Shown one piece after another: positions 38,975-49,540 of a DNA stretch of 59,304 nucleotides (the first letter of the stretch is position 1; the number at the start of each line of letters is the position of its first letter). The position numbers and the translations under genes are program-made. The notes under the pieces are model-generated. The model did not search any database. It was not told the origin of the DNA and saw only the letters and a program-made list of their open reading frames with translations. Origin of the DNA: Nemertoderma westbladi (Eukaryota; Animalia; Xenacoelomorpha); NCBI GenBank assembly GCA_032718475.1, contig JAUCBJ010007838.1, forward strand, positions 1-59,304, given 5' to 3'.

Positions 38975-39594
38975 TTTTGTTTTAATCAAAAATTACAAAT
39001 GATTTCAGCAGTTCAGCCACAACCAAAATCTGGCTGCCAGACAGAGGCCTGTCGTAATAATTGAATAATCGGTACCGGTAATTTAATGTGGTAACAAGGC
39101 CTGTCTTCTAACTCGTTAGCCTAAAGCCTAGGCCTATTCTCTGATTCTTATTATAGAATAAATTATTTTTATTTATTGAGGCCAACCATTCCAGCATTCA
39201 GTCATTATAGTAGAATACCATGCTGCCATGTAATACATTAAACTACAATACTGCAATATAGCAATATTATATAATAGAGTTTGTTAATATTGAAGCCTAC
39301 CATTTCAACATTCAGTCATTCTGGTAGAAATGAATTGGAGTTGAATACCATGTAGTTAACAAGTACTGCGGTTGTGCGGTGTACTGACTATAAGTTTGAT
39401 GTTGCCTGCATTTGGTCAATAAGCAGGTCTGTAAGTAGGTCAGTAGGTAGACCTATTCAATCAGTCAATGTTTGTGGCTGCGACATAGGGGCCTACCTGT
39501 ACCACCATCGGCAATCGGCACCATCTTCTGATCAACAACAACGGACTGACAGATAATATAACTTCTTCAGTACGCAGTATAAATCACTGTACAC

Positions 39595-39606
39595 GCTCTG
39601 CTACCA
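39595..39606 (-). promoter_or_regulatory. Primer-binding site complementary to the initiator tRNA-Met 3' end
   Basis: TGGTAGCAGAGC lies 1 nt inside the 5' LTR boundary on the minus strand. Confidence 0.9.
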
Positions 39607-39607
39607 T

Positions 39608-39800
39608 TGTTTAATCTAATATATTGCCCAATACTAGGTAATAAATACAATCGTGTTTCACTTAACTATCAACTGTCATACTTATATTTTTCTACTTCAA
39701 CACTTTAGTGAAGCAGTACACATACAGACATACTAACACAATAACACAACAGGTACCTACCGGTACACCTAAAAACCCCTCACCATATATTACTCTCACA
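39608..39800 (-). repeat. 5' LTR (193 bp)
   Basis: Direct repeat of 35158-35359 with several substitutions and indels. Confidence 0.95.
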
Positions 39801-41130
39801 TCCCCCAGTGTCGGATGGTGCTCAGTTAGGTCCCACAGTGTCGGCTGGTGCTCAGTCGGGTCTCCCAGTGTCGGTTAGTGCTCAGTCGGGTCCCCCAGTG
39901 TCGGTTGGTGCTCAGTCGGGTCCCTCAGTGTCGGTTGGTGCTCAGTCGGGTCCCCCAGTGTCGGCTGGTGCCCAGTCGGGTCCCCCAGTGTCGGTTAGTG
40001 ATCAGTCGGGTCCCCCAGTGTCGGTTGGTGCCCCGTCGGGTCCCCCAGTGTCGGTTGGTGCTCAATCGGGTCCCCCCGTGTCGGTTGGTGCTCAATCGGG
40101 TCCCCCCGTGTCGGTTGGTGCTCAGTCAGGTCCCCCCGTGGCGGTTGGTGCTCAGTCGGGTCCCCCAGTGCTGGTTGGTGCTCAGTCGGGTCCCACAGTG
40201 TCGGTAGGTGCTGCGTCGGTTCCCCTAGTGTCAATTGGTGCTCATTCGGGTCAACCTGTGTCTGTTGGTGCTCAGACGCGTCCCCCTGTGTCGGTTGGTG
40301 CTCAATCGGGTCCCCCCGTGTCGGTTGGTGCTCAGTCAGGTTCCCCAGTGTCGGTTGGTGTCCAGTCGGGTCAACCTCTGTCGGTTTCTGCTCAGTCGGG
40401 TCCACCTGTGTCGGTTGGCGCTCATTCTGGTCCCGAAGTGCCGGTTGGTGCTCAGTCCAGTCCCCCAGTGTCGGTTAGTGCTCAGTCGGGTCCCCCAGTG
40501 TCAGTTGGTGCTCAGTCGGGTCCTCCAGAATCGGTTGGTGGTCAGTCGAGTCCCGGAGTGTCGGTTGGTGCTCAGTCGGGTCCCCCAGTGTCGGTGGGTG
40601 CTCAGTCGGGTCAACCTGTGTCGGGTGGTACTCAGTCGGGTCAACCTGTGTCGGTTGGTGCTCAGTCTGGTCAACCCGTGCCGGTTGGTGCTCAGTCGGG
40701 TCCCCCAGTGTCGGTTGGTGCTCAGTTGGGTCCCATCATGTCGGTTGGTGCTCGTTCGGGTCAACGTGTGTCGGTTGGTGCTCAGTCGGGTCAACCTGTG
40801 CCGGTTGGTGCTCAGTCGGGTCCCCCAGTGTCGGTTGGAGCTCAGTCGGGTCCCCCAGTGTCGGTTGGTGCTCAGTCGGGTAAACCTGCGGCGGTTGGCG
40901 CTCAGTCCGGTCACCCAGAGTCGGTTGGTGCTCGGTCGGGTCAACCTGTGTCTGTTGGTGCTCAGTCGGGTCCCCCAGTGTCGGCTGATGCTCAGTCGGG
41001 TCGACCTTCGGCGGTTGGTCCTCAGTCCGGTCCCCCAGTGTCAGTTAGTGCTCAGTCGGGTCCCCCAGTGTCGGTTGGTGCTCAGTCGGGTCCCCCAATG
41101 TCGGTTGGAGCTCAGTTGGGTCCCCCTGTC
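39801..41130 (+). repeat. 30-bp tandem repeat encoding (GAQSGPPVSV)n, in frame with the CRE ORF
   Basis: About 44 units with no frame-shifting indels. Reads directly into the RT-containing ORF. Confidence 0.9.
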
Positions 41131-44100
41131 TCGTCAGCGATGTCCCAAACGACTCACCTTTTGCCAATCATATCACAACGGGTGACTAGCTCGCCTGGTG
41201 TTGTTAGTTGCACCTGGGGAAATTGTCGGATACCCATAGACACACTCAAGGTATCTATAGAAGAGGTTTATAACATTGTGATCCACTGGCGTCCCAACTT
41301 GTTTCTCACTCCGCAGGGTGCGGTTGGGCGTGATTTTGTAGCGGGTTTGACGCAACTCGTAGAACTGTTTACGTCGGGTAGCGTCCTACAACCCATCGCG
41401 CTAATGGCTCTGATGGTGGCCCCGGCTTTGCTACTTCAGAAACCAAGCCGCTCGTCAACAACGGGAACTCACCGGCGGGTTCTTGAACGCCGATTGGAGA
41501 CTTGGAAGCGAGCCGAGTTCCACGACCTCCTAGTGGAGGCCAGAGCGATTCAGGCGCATCTCCCGAAACAGCGGTTCCGTGGTGAGTCTCAGAACGTGGC
41601 CATGCAGAAGGCATTCGTGCGCCACATGCTCACGGGAAATGTATCTGCCGCGACAAGGTGCCTTAGCGACCTCAACCGGGGGAAACCACTAAGGCTTGAC
41701 GACACCTTCGTGGACAAAGATGGAACGGGCAAAGTGGTTCGAGACGTTCTGCGTGAGAAACACCCGGCTGCCAAACCCGCGGACGAGTCAATCCTCCTCG
41801 AGAAGTTCGATGGAGCCCCAGAGTACCACAGTGTTATCTTTGAGCGGTTAAACGGGCAACTTATATTGTTCAGTTTACTGCGAATGAGAGGGAATGCTGC
41901 CGGTCCTTCGGGGTTGGATGTTCAAGGGTGGAAACACCTTTTAACAAAGTTCAGGACTCAGTCAGCAGACCTTTGCAACCGAATTGCGGACTTGGGAAAG
42001 CTGGTCTCTCAGACAGTTCTTCCCCCTGGAGTTCTTTCCTCGTTTCTGTCCGCGCGACTGCTCGCCCTCGACAAAAACCCCGGAGTCCGTCCTATAGGGA
42101 TAGGCGAGGTCCTCCGGCGAGTAGTCGGCAAGGCGGCAATGTCCTGCATCCGCGAGGATCTTCAGGAAGTGGGCGGAACCGTCCAGATGTGTCTCGGCCA
42201 GAAGGCCGGTATTGAATCCGCGATCCACTCCCTCAACGACGCCTTTGCCTCTGAAGACTGTGATGCCATCCTGCAAATTGATGCAACTAATGCTTTCAAT
42301 GCGCTGAACCGCCAGGTGGCAATACACAATATTCAGCTGGTCTGTCCCGCACTCCACACTTCCACACTATTGTGGTGAACTGCTACGATCAGCCGTCGTG
42401 TTTGTTCGTTTGGGGGGAAACAATGTTTTCGGAGGAGGGCTCAACCCAAGGCGATCCAGTGGCAATGCCGATGTTTGGGTGCGGACTTATACCGTTACTG
42501 CTGGAGTTGGTTCGAGCCTGCTCCGTTGTTCAGAAATGGTATGCGGATGATGGGAACGCCGCTGGTAAAATCAAAGAACTCCGGAAATTCTGGAATGTGG
42601 TATCGGTAAGGGGACCGCTCTACGGGTACTATCCGACCAAGTGCTGCCTTACCGTAAAGCCGGGGAAGCTCGAAGAGGCAAGGGCAGAGTTTGCGGGGAC
42701 TGGAGTTTCCATCGACACCACGGGCAATAAACTCCTCGGTGGCGTCATTGGCAGCGAAGAGTTCCGGCGCGAGTTCATCGAGCGGAAAGTCGGGGAATTC
42801 GCCGCTGACGTAGATCGCCTCGCCACCATCGCCACAGTCGATCCGCACTGCGCCTACGCCGGCCTAGTTTTTGGACTCGCCTGCCGTTGGCGGTTCCTAG
42901 CGCGAGTTGTTCAAGGAGCGACGGACAGTTTTGATTCGCTGGAAGAGTCTGTGGAGCGGTTCCTTTGCAGGTTGTTGGAGCGGCCGTCCGTAATGCCGGT
43001 TGAATGACGGCTGTTGTCGCTTCCAGTTAGGGATGGGGTGTTGGGGATCCCGGTCCCCGAGGATTTACAATCCCAGTATGCGAGCTCTCGGAGTATTTGC
43101 GATCCGTTTGTCTCCTTGGAGGGTGAGTCGATGGCGGTAGTCAGGGAAGAGCAGACGCATGTGGCTAAGTTGGTGGCCGCCTCCTCCTCCAGGGCAGCGA
43201 AAGCTAAAAAGGAGGAGGTGTACGACCAGTTAGATACACAACAGTACAGGTTATGCCTACTGAATACAGAGAAAGGTGCGTCTGCCTGGCTAAACTGTAA
43301 ACCACTATCGCTACATGACACTCACCTTTCCAAGGAGGAGTTCCGAGATGCCGTTTGTCTCCGTTATGGGTGGTTGCCAAAGAATCTCCCCTCTCGTTGT
43401 GTCTGTGGGTCACGATTTTCTACAAACCACATTCTTTCGTGTCCCACTGGGGGGTTCCCCTCCATCAGACACAACGAGATACGTGATTTTTTCGCCGATA
43501 CCCTGACCGAGGTGGTGCACAACATGGCTGTCGAGCCAATGCTCCAGCCACTTACGGGAGAGACATTCTCCCTCCTCTCCACCTCGACAGACCAGCAGGC
43601 GAGACTGGACGTATCAGTGAGTGGATTCTGGGGCAACCGCTTCCAGAAGATGTTTATTGATGTGTCGGTTTTCAACCCGCTGGCGGCAACCAATGCGGCA
43701 ATGTCGCTGGACACCACCCATCTCCACCACGAGGCGCGGAAGATCCGGAAGTACGAGGAGAGGATCCGGGAGGTGGAACACGCCACTTTCACTCCTCTCA
43801 TCTTCTCGGCTTTCGGAGGAATGGCGCCGCTGTGTCGCCAGTTTATCAAGCGCCTCGCTTTAAAACTGGCAGAGAAGCGGCAGATCCCATACCCGGAGTG
43901 CATCTCGTGGGTGCGGCGACGAATTAGCTTCGCTCTCCTCAGGTCATCCCTAATGTGTCTGCGGGGGTTCCGGTCTGTCGCCAAGAGACCCGTACGGGTA
44001 GCAGATGTCGCTGACACCTCCATCGTGTTAGCGAACACCGACACAGAGCCAGGCGCAGGCATGTTTATATAAATTACAGGCTGTTTGGTGGTGGTGCAGT

Positions 44101-44254
44101 TTACCTGTTTGTTGTTGTTTAAGTTTTTAAATTTCCCGCGTTTCTGTAATTATGTTTTTAATTGTTTGTTATAGTGCCTATAATTGTGTTTGTATTTCTG
44201 AAGGTTTTTAGTACTTTGTGAATAAATGAGGCTTGTAAAGTAAAAAAAAAAAAA
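39801..44254 (+). mobile_element. CRE-clade non-LTR retrotransposon (RT plus restriction-like endonuclease), 5' end lost, two disabling lesions
   Basis: GPSG, GVRPIGIGEVLRR, IDATNAFN, QGDP, WYADD, CVCG..H..C..RHN, and RLDV..FIDV nuclease motifs. AATAAA at 44221 and A13 tail at 44242-44254. Frameshift at 42361, in-frame TGA at 43005. Confidence 0.88.
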
Positions 44255-44397
44255 GTACTGTAGTACAGTAGTACAGTAGTACAGTAGTACTGTAGTACAG
44301 TAGTACTGTAGTACAGTAGTACTGTAGTACAGTAGTACTGTAGTACAGTAGTACAGTAGTACTGTAGTACAGTAGTACAGTAGTACTGTAGTACAGT
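44255..44397. repeat. (GTACTGTA/GTACAGTA)n microsatellite, block 1
   Basis: Seen directly, immediately after the CRE poly(A). Confidence 0.95.
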
Positions 44398-44694
44398 CGG
44401 TTGCGGTCGGCCCTCATGTGTCTCCGTGGACACCGGTCGGCTGCTAGACGACCCATTCGCTGCACAAATTCAGTTGCAGACATAGCCATTGTGCATGCGA
44501 ATGCGGATGTTGCCCCACCGCCGTAGACCACAACGAGTGCAGACAAGACCACGAAGAAACTGATGTTAATGATTTTTTTTTGTGTGTAACTCTATATATA
44601 ATTTTTGATCTCGTAATAATTTTCAACTATGTGAATTTGTTATATTTATTAGCTATAGATATAGTTTAACTAAATATATTATACTAAGAGTCAA
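44398..44694 (+). mobile_element. Severely 5'-truncated second CRE-family element (C-terminus plus 3' UTR)
   Basis: 44401-44526 translates to LRSALMCLRGHRSAARRPIRCTNSVADIAIVHANADVAPPP*, homologous to LRSSLMCLRGFRSVAKRPVRVADVADTSIVLANTD of the upstream CRE. Confidence 0.85.
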
Positions 44695-44827
44695 CTGTAG
44701 TACAGTAGTACTGTGTAGTACAGTAGTACTGTAGTACTGTAGTACAGTAGTACAGTAGTACTGTAGTACAGTAGTACTGTAGTACAGTAGTACTGTAGTA
44801 CAGTAGTACTGTAGTACAGTAGTACTG
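44695..44827. repeat. (GTACTGTA/GTACAGTA)n microsatellite, block 2
   Basis: Seen directly. Confidence 0.95.
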
Positions 44828-45325
44828 CACTAAGTTCAGAAGCTAGGAGAGCAGTAGGCAGGTAGGCCATACAGGCAGGATCTATAGCAGGATCTATAGG
44901 GAGGATCACAGAACTATACTCCCCAGAGGAAACTCCAATACTCATTTAGCTACCATTCAAGGATGCAAGGCAGATAAGCGCCTAGACCCTAGACGCTTAG
45001 ACCCTTCAAAGCGTTCGGGCCGAAACAAAAACTGCCCTGGTCTGTTAATGTTAACCTGCCCTGTTAATATGTGATTATCATATATGTTCTACTTGTATAC
45101 CTTACGCGAAACTTTTCGCGGATATCTGTTGTCTTTGTACTTAGGTAGGTTCGAACTTCATCCATAGAAAACTGTAGTAATTTATAAGAGTGGCCCATTT
45201 TACTACAGACATATATATGAAGTGTAAATCACGCAGGGCCGTTCATAATGCAACGCCAATGGATTCTAGATTAGCATACTCAAATTAATTAGCATTACGA
45301 TAACATTACATTACGATTATGATTA

Positions 45326-45754
45326 TTGATTGACAACAGAGATCGTACAGAGATCGGGGCTAATTTCGACACTGTTACTGGCATTAGTCGTTTAGGTAAA
45401 GTATCATCCGCCGGGATGACAGGTAATCGAGTTCGGCTGCTTCAAGTCATCTTCTCTTCGGAACGGGAATCTCGTATCTTCCGGGAGCTTTTTGTTGCAG
45501 CGAGGAAGAACAAGTTGCTAAGCACGTCTTTCTTGGGTACAACGGTTCGCGCTAGTCTTTCAAATGAAGCTCGAAAGCAACTCAGTGAGAGGCGCCGAAC
45601 TGTCTACGAGTGGAATGAGGAGTTAAATAAAGGAGGGACAGAGAATGTTGCGAGTTTTAGTCTTCGCAATGATGGCGCTATTTGGAAATTCGTAAAACGA
45701 GATGATGGCCACTGGGTGAGGGACAGTACCTGGCAGCAACAGGGAAACGAGTAG
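45326..45754 (+). CDS. LINE ORF1 C-terminal portion (5'-truncated)
   Basis: SRLGK..RLLQVIF..LS..RKQLSERR is typical of CR1/L2-type ORF1. Ends in QGNE* just ahead of ORF2. Confidence 0.65.
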   Translation: MIDNRDRTEIGANFDTVTGISRLGKVSSAGMTGNRVRLLQVIFSSERESRIFRELFVAARKNKLLSTSFLGTTVRASLSNEARKQLSERRRTVYEWNEELNKGGTENVASFSLRNDGAIWKFVKRDDGHWVRDSTWQQQGNE

Positions 45755-45777
45755 AAGGGGAAGCCACCAATAAACCC

Positions 45778-48582
45778 TTGTTAAACTGTGTATTGCTAAA
45801 CAGCCGGTCGCTGACAAACAAACTTACGGAATTTGGGTATTTATTAGATAGCGCCGAGTACGACATCATTGGTGTAACTGAATCTTGGCTGAATGATACT
45901 GTATGTAATAGTATGATTAACGGTTCACGCCACAATTACCAAGTTTTTAGAAATGATCGAGACACAAACGGCGGAGGGGTAGTAATTCTGGTTAAAGATT
46001 TTATTAAATGTGTTAGGGTTCCATTACCGCCACCATTTTTGGACTGCGAAGTAGTGGCAATTGACTTGATTGGTAGGAGTCCATCGCGCTTAATCTGTGT
46101 TTATCGTACAACTAACAATGTTCTAGCTTGGACAAATTCAAATTCAGTAATTTATAATAATAAACTGTGCTCTTGTATTTCAGAGTTATGCAATGTTGAA
46201 CAACCGGCTGTTGTCATTGGTGACTTTAATCTACCAGACATTAATTGGCATAACAATACTTTTCCGAATACAGATTTTTATGATTTATACTCAAACTTAT
46301 TTTTAGAATCGGGATTAACTCAATTTGTCACCGAACCTACTCGGGGTAATCCTGATAATATTTTAGATTTGGTATTTTCCACAGACGATTTATTTATTAG
46401 TACTGTCAATGTAATTGAACCGTTTTCTAGCAGTGACCACAATATGGTATATTTTAATTTATGCAGTAGTAACCAACATGAGAGTGCTCATAATATAGGT
46501 TTCTATGATTTTAAAAATGGCAATTACGAGCAATTTTCAACTTACATGCAATCAATTGATTGGGAGGATAAATTTTATAATTGTAAAAATGTAGATGATT
46601 ATTGGTATAGTTTCTCATCCGCCTTAAAGTCTGGGATACAGCAGTTTGTTCCTTTTAAACGCATTACTGGCAATAGAAAGGCGCATCCTGAACATATTAG
46701 GAAACTACAGCAAAAAAAGAAACTTCTTTGGCGGCGGAGACACACCCCGCTAGGTTTCACTGAATACAACAGGTGCACAAAAGAAGTATCCCGGGCTATT
46801 TTGCGAAATGCTTGCATACGTGAAAACCATATTCTTTCATCAAATAACCCTGAGGCCATTTTTAAATATGTGAATTCAAAGCGTAATAATAAATCAGGTA
46901 TTGCCCCACTTAAATTTAATGGTGCTACAGTAGTTGATGATATTACAAAGGCACAGATATTTTCGAAAGTGCTTTCCGAGAACTATGTTAATGATAATGG
47001 GGAAGTGCCGGTTTTTGAACGAAGAGTCCCTTCAAATGTGTCGAAGTCAGAAATAAATTTCAGTGTAGATAAGGTATTTGCGTCGCTGAGAGGTCTTACC
47101 CCTAAACGTAGCAACACTCCAGATCATTTTCCTAGCATTATATTTTATAAATTAGCTCGTCAATTGGCACTTCCTTTATCTATTATTTTTCAAGTCTCGT
47201 TTATAACACACGCTCTGCCTTCTATTTGGTTAACTGCTAACATTATTCCGATTTTTAAGAAAGGCAATGCCTCAGACCCGTATAACTACCGCCCGGTTTC
47301 ATTAACTTGTGTAGCATGTAAGATAATGGAATCCTGTACAAAAACTGAACTAATTGATTACCTTTTTGCCCATAAGTTAATTACTACACATCAGCATGGT
47401 TTTTTAAAGCGCCGATCTACTGGTACTCAGTTATTGGAATGCATTAACGATTGGGTCAATTTAGCTGAAAAGAAATGTTCTATTGACATTTTGTACATAG
47501 ACTTCTCTAAGGCTTTTGATCGAGTAGTGCATAGTAAGTTATTGTGTAAACTTGCCGGATACGGCATATGTGGTAACCTTCTGGCTTGGATTGCAGCTTT
47601 TCTATCAAATCGGAGCCAACAAGTGCTAGTAGGTAATGAATTTTCCGTTTCCCGGAGTGTCCAATCAGGTACTCCGCAAGGAAGTGTTATCGGCCCCATT
47701 TTATTCGTGATTTTTATAAACGACTTACCTGATTTAATTGGAATTAATGGTGTGTGCTGTAAATTATACGCTGATGATGTAAAGATTTATGCACCGTCTT
47801 CTAATTATATTAATTTATGTGATTCTTTGGGTGCTTTGTCGTCCTGGTCTAATACATGGCAACTTAACGTAGCTAGTCATAAGTGTCAAGTGCTTTACTT
47901 AGGACTAAATAACCCTGAAAACCCTTACTTTTTAAGTGGTTTAAAATTGGAATGCATGGATGGCAAGGATCTAGGAATGATTATGTGCCCTGACTTGAAA
48001 TTTAATGTGTACTGTAGGGAGCAAGCCGCCAAAGCAAATAAAATAACCAATATGATATTTCGGTGCTTCCGTACTGCAAATCGATCTGCCCTTATTACGG
48101 CTTACAAAGCATATATTCGTCCTTTAGTGGAATATTGTACTTACATTTGGTCTCCTCATCATAAATGTACAATTGATTTGGTCGAACGTGTCCAAAAGTA
48201 CTTCACCCGCAGATTGTTTGCCCGTTGCAAACTACCATATATGACCTACGTAGATCGACTGCAGTTTCTTAAGTTAAAACCATTGGAAGTTAGGCGCATA
48301 ATTTTTGATTTAAAGATGGTGTATAAAATTGAGAGAAATTTAGTTGATTTGTGTTTTGATGAATATTTTTCTTATACAGGTAGACCTGGGCTTAGGGGTC
48401 ATTCTCACAAATTACTTGTTTCCCATTCACGTCTTTTAATCTCAAAATACTTTTTTTCTAATAGGGTGGTGCCTGTATGGAACTCATTACCTCAATCTCT
48501 AGTAGATTCGCCAACCCCAAATATTTTTTCAGTTCGATTAATGGATATTGATTTTCAAGATTTTTGTCACTTTGACCGATAA
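45778..48582 (+). CDS. CR1-group LINE ORF2 (APE endonuclease plus reverse transcriptase), intact 934 aa, no initiating ATG
   Basis: LNSRSL, GVTESWL, GGGV, GDFNLPDINW, SDHN (APE). NYRPVSLT, DFSKAFD, GTPQGSVIGP, LYADD (RT). LRGH..FFSNRVV..WNSLP (CR1 C-terminus). The 3' UTR may extend to the TAAAC repeats near 49070. Confidence 0.95.
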   Translation: MLNCVLLNSRSLTNKLTEFGYLLDSAEYDIIGVTESWLNDTVCNSMINGSRHNYQVFRNDRDTNGGGVVILVKDFIKCVRVPLPPPFLDCEVVAIDLIGRSPSRLICVYRTTNNVLAWTNSNSVIYNNKLCSCISELCNVEQPAVVIGDFNLPDINWHNNTFPNTDFYDLYSNLFLESGLTQFVTEPTRGNPDNILDLVFSTDDLFISTVNVIEPFSSSDHNMVYFNLCSSNQHESAHNIGFYDFKNGNYEQFSTYMQSIDWEDKFYNCKNVDDYWYSFSSALKSGIQQFVPFKRITGNRKAHPEHIRKLQQKKKLLWRRRHTPLGFTEYNRCTKEVSRAILRNACIRENHILSSNNPEAIFKYVNSKRNNKSGIAPLKFNGATVVDDITKAQIFSKVLSENYVNDNGEVPVFERRVPSNVSKSEINFSVDKVFASLRGLTPKRSNTPDHFPSIIFYKLARQLALPLSIIFQVSFITHALPSIWLTANIIPIFKKGNASDPYNYRPVSLTCVACKIMESCTKTELIDYLFAHKLITTHQHGFLKRRSTGTQLLECINDWVNLAEKKCSIDILYIDFSKAFDRVVHSKLLCKLAGYGICGNLLAWIAAFLSNRSQQVLVGNEFSVSRSVQSGTPQGSVIGPILFVIFINDLPDLIGINGVCCKLYADDVKIYAPSSNYINLCDSLGALSSWSNTWQLNVASHKCQVLYLGLNNPENPYFLSGLKLECMDGKDLGMIMCPDLKFNVYCREQAAKANKITNMIFRCFRTANRSALITAYKAYIRPLVEYCTYIWSPHHKCTIDLVERVQKYFTRRLFARCKLPYMTYVDRLQFLKLKPLEVRRIIFDLKMVYKIERNLVDLCFDEYFSYTGRPGLRGHSHKLLVSHSRLLISKYFFSNRVVPVWNSLPQSLVDSPTPNIFSVRLMDIDFQDFCHFDR

Positions 48583-49155
48583 TTTCAATTTTCGGGCCCC
48601 CGTAAGTGCTATATTGCCTGGGTGGTCTTCTCCTCTTTCCAAATTATTTGTCTTTATTTTATGCAAGTATACAGTACGTTTTTTTCTGTGTAATTTATGT
48701 ATTGTTGTTTTTGTATACAGGGCGAAGTACATTACATATACTGTACGAATTATGCACATTGCATAGGAGTTTGAATTCAATGTGCTCCTTATTTTATGGC
48801 CGACTTTTACCAGGGTTAATCCGTGCGTATTTTAAATTTTTCTTTTTAATTAATATTGAAAATATTTTGTTTTACTTTAATTTTAACGAAATTACGTGTA
48901 ATTATTAAGTACCGATAATTTGTTCTGTGTCTCTAATCTCTACAGTACTTCACAGCAGTAACATGCTAATGCATAATTAGTTCATTACTTCCTAAATACT
49001 GTATATTTAATTGTGCCTTTTAAAATGAATGTTTATGTGAATTATTAAAAGAGTGTATTAAACTAAACTAACAACGACATTTATTAATATCCATTATTTA
49101 AAAAACAAATTACAAATAAAACAAACCAAATAAAATAGAAGCACAAAATAACTAA

Positions 49156-49540
49156 GGGGCCGTCCAAGTATGACGTCTGCACTTTTCCCCAAAATGTTGA
49201 CACCCTCCCTCCCCTAAATCAGATGTCATCAGATAGGCGTTGTTGACACCCCCCCCCCCCCCCCCTAAATCAGATTAAAAAAATTTTCGCGTCCTAATCA
49301 CTGAAACATGGTGACTGGTAACTGAAACAGAAGGTCGTGCTACGGGCCTTCGGGGGCTTCGAACAATTAAAATAGGCAAGCTATTTACTCTTCTGCTATA
49401 TCTCTTCTAGCACCTATAAATGAACATGCTGACGTCAGATTTTGGCTGACCCCCTCCCCTCCCTTCATCAGCACGCCATCAGATTTTCCCAACCCCCCTC
49501 CCCCCCCCCTAAAGTGCTGACGTCATACTTGGACGGCCCC
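49156..49540. mobile_element. PIF/Harbinger-type MITE
   Basis: TIRs GGGGCCGTCCAAGTATGACGTC / GACGTCATACTTGGACGGCCCC, with a TAA TSD on both sides. Confidence 0.9.

Larger units (their letters stand above)
35158..39800 (-). mobile_element. Ty1/copia LTR retrotransposon, GalEa-like, internally deleted
   Basis: TG..CA LTRs at both ends, domain order gag-PR-IN-RT-RH, PBS TGGTAGCAGAGC, and a purine-rich tract before the 3' LTR. Confidence 0.92.

Noticed and set aside
41962-44062. Antisense ORFs over the CRE element
   Set aside because: Shadow ORFs of GC-rich coding sequence with no recognisable motifs.
44158-44945. YYSTTVL-repeat ORFs, and a telomere-repeat interpretation of the microsatellite
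   Set aside because: These are translations of the microsatellite. The repeat is internal, quasi-palindromic and lacks the G-rich strand bias of telomeric repeats.
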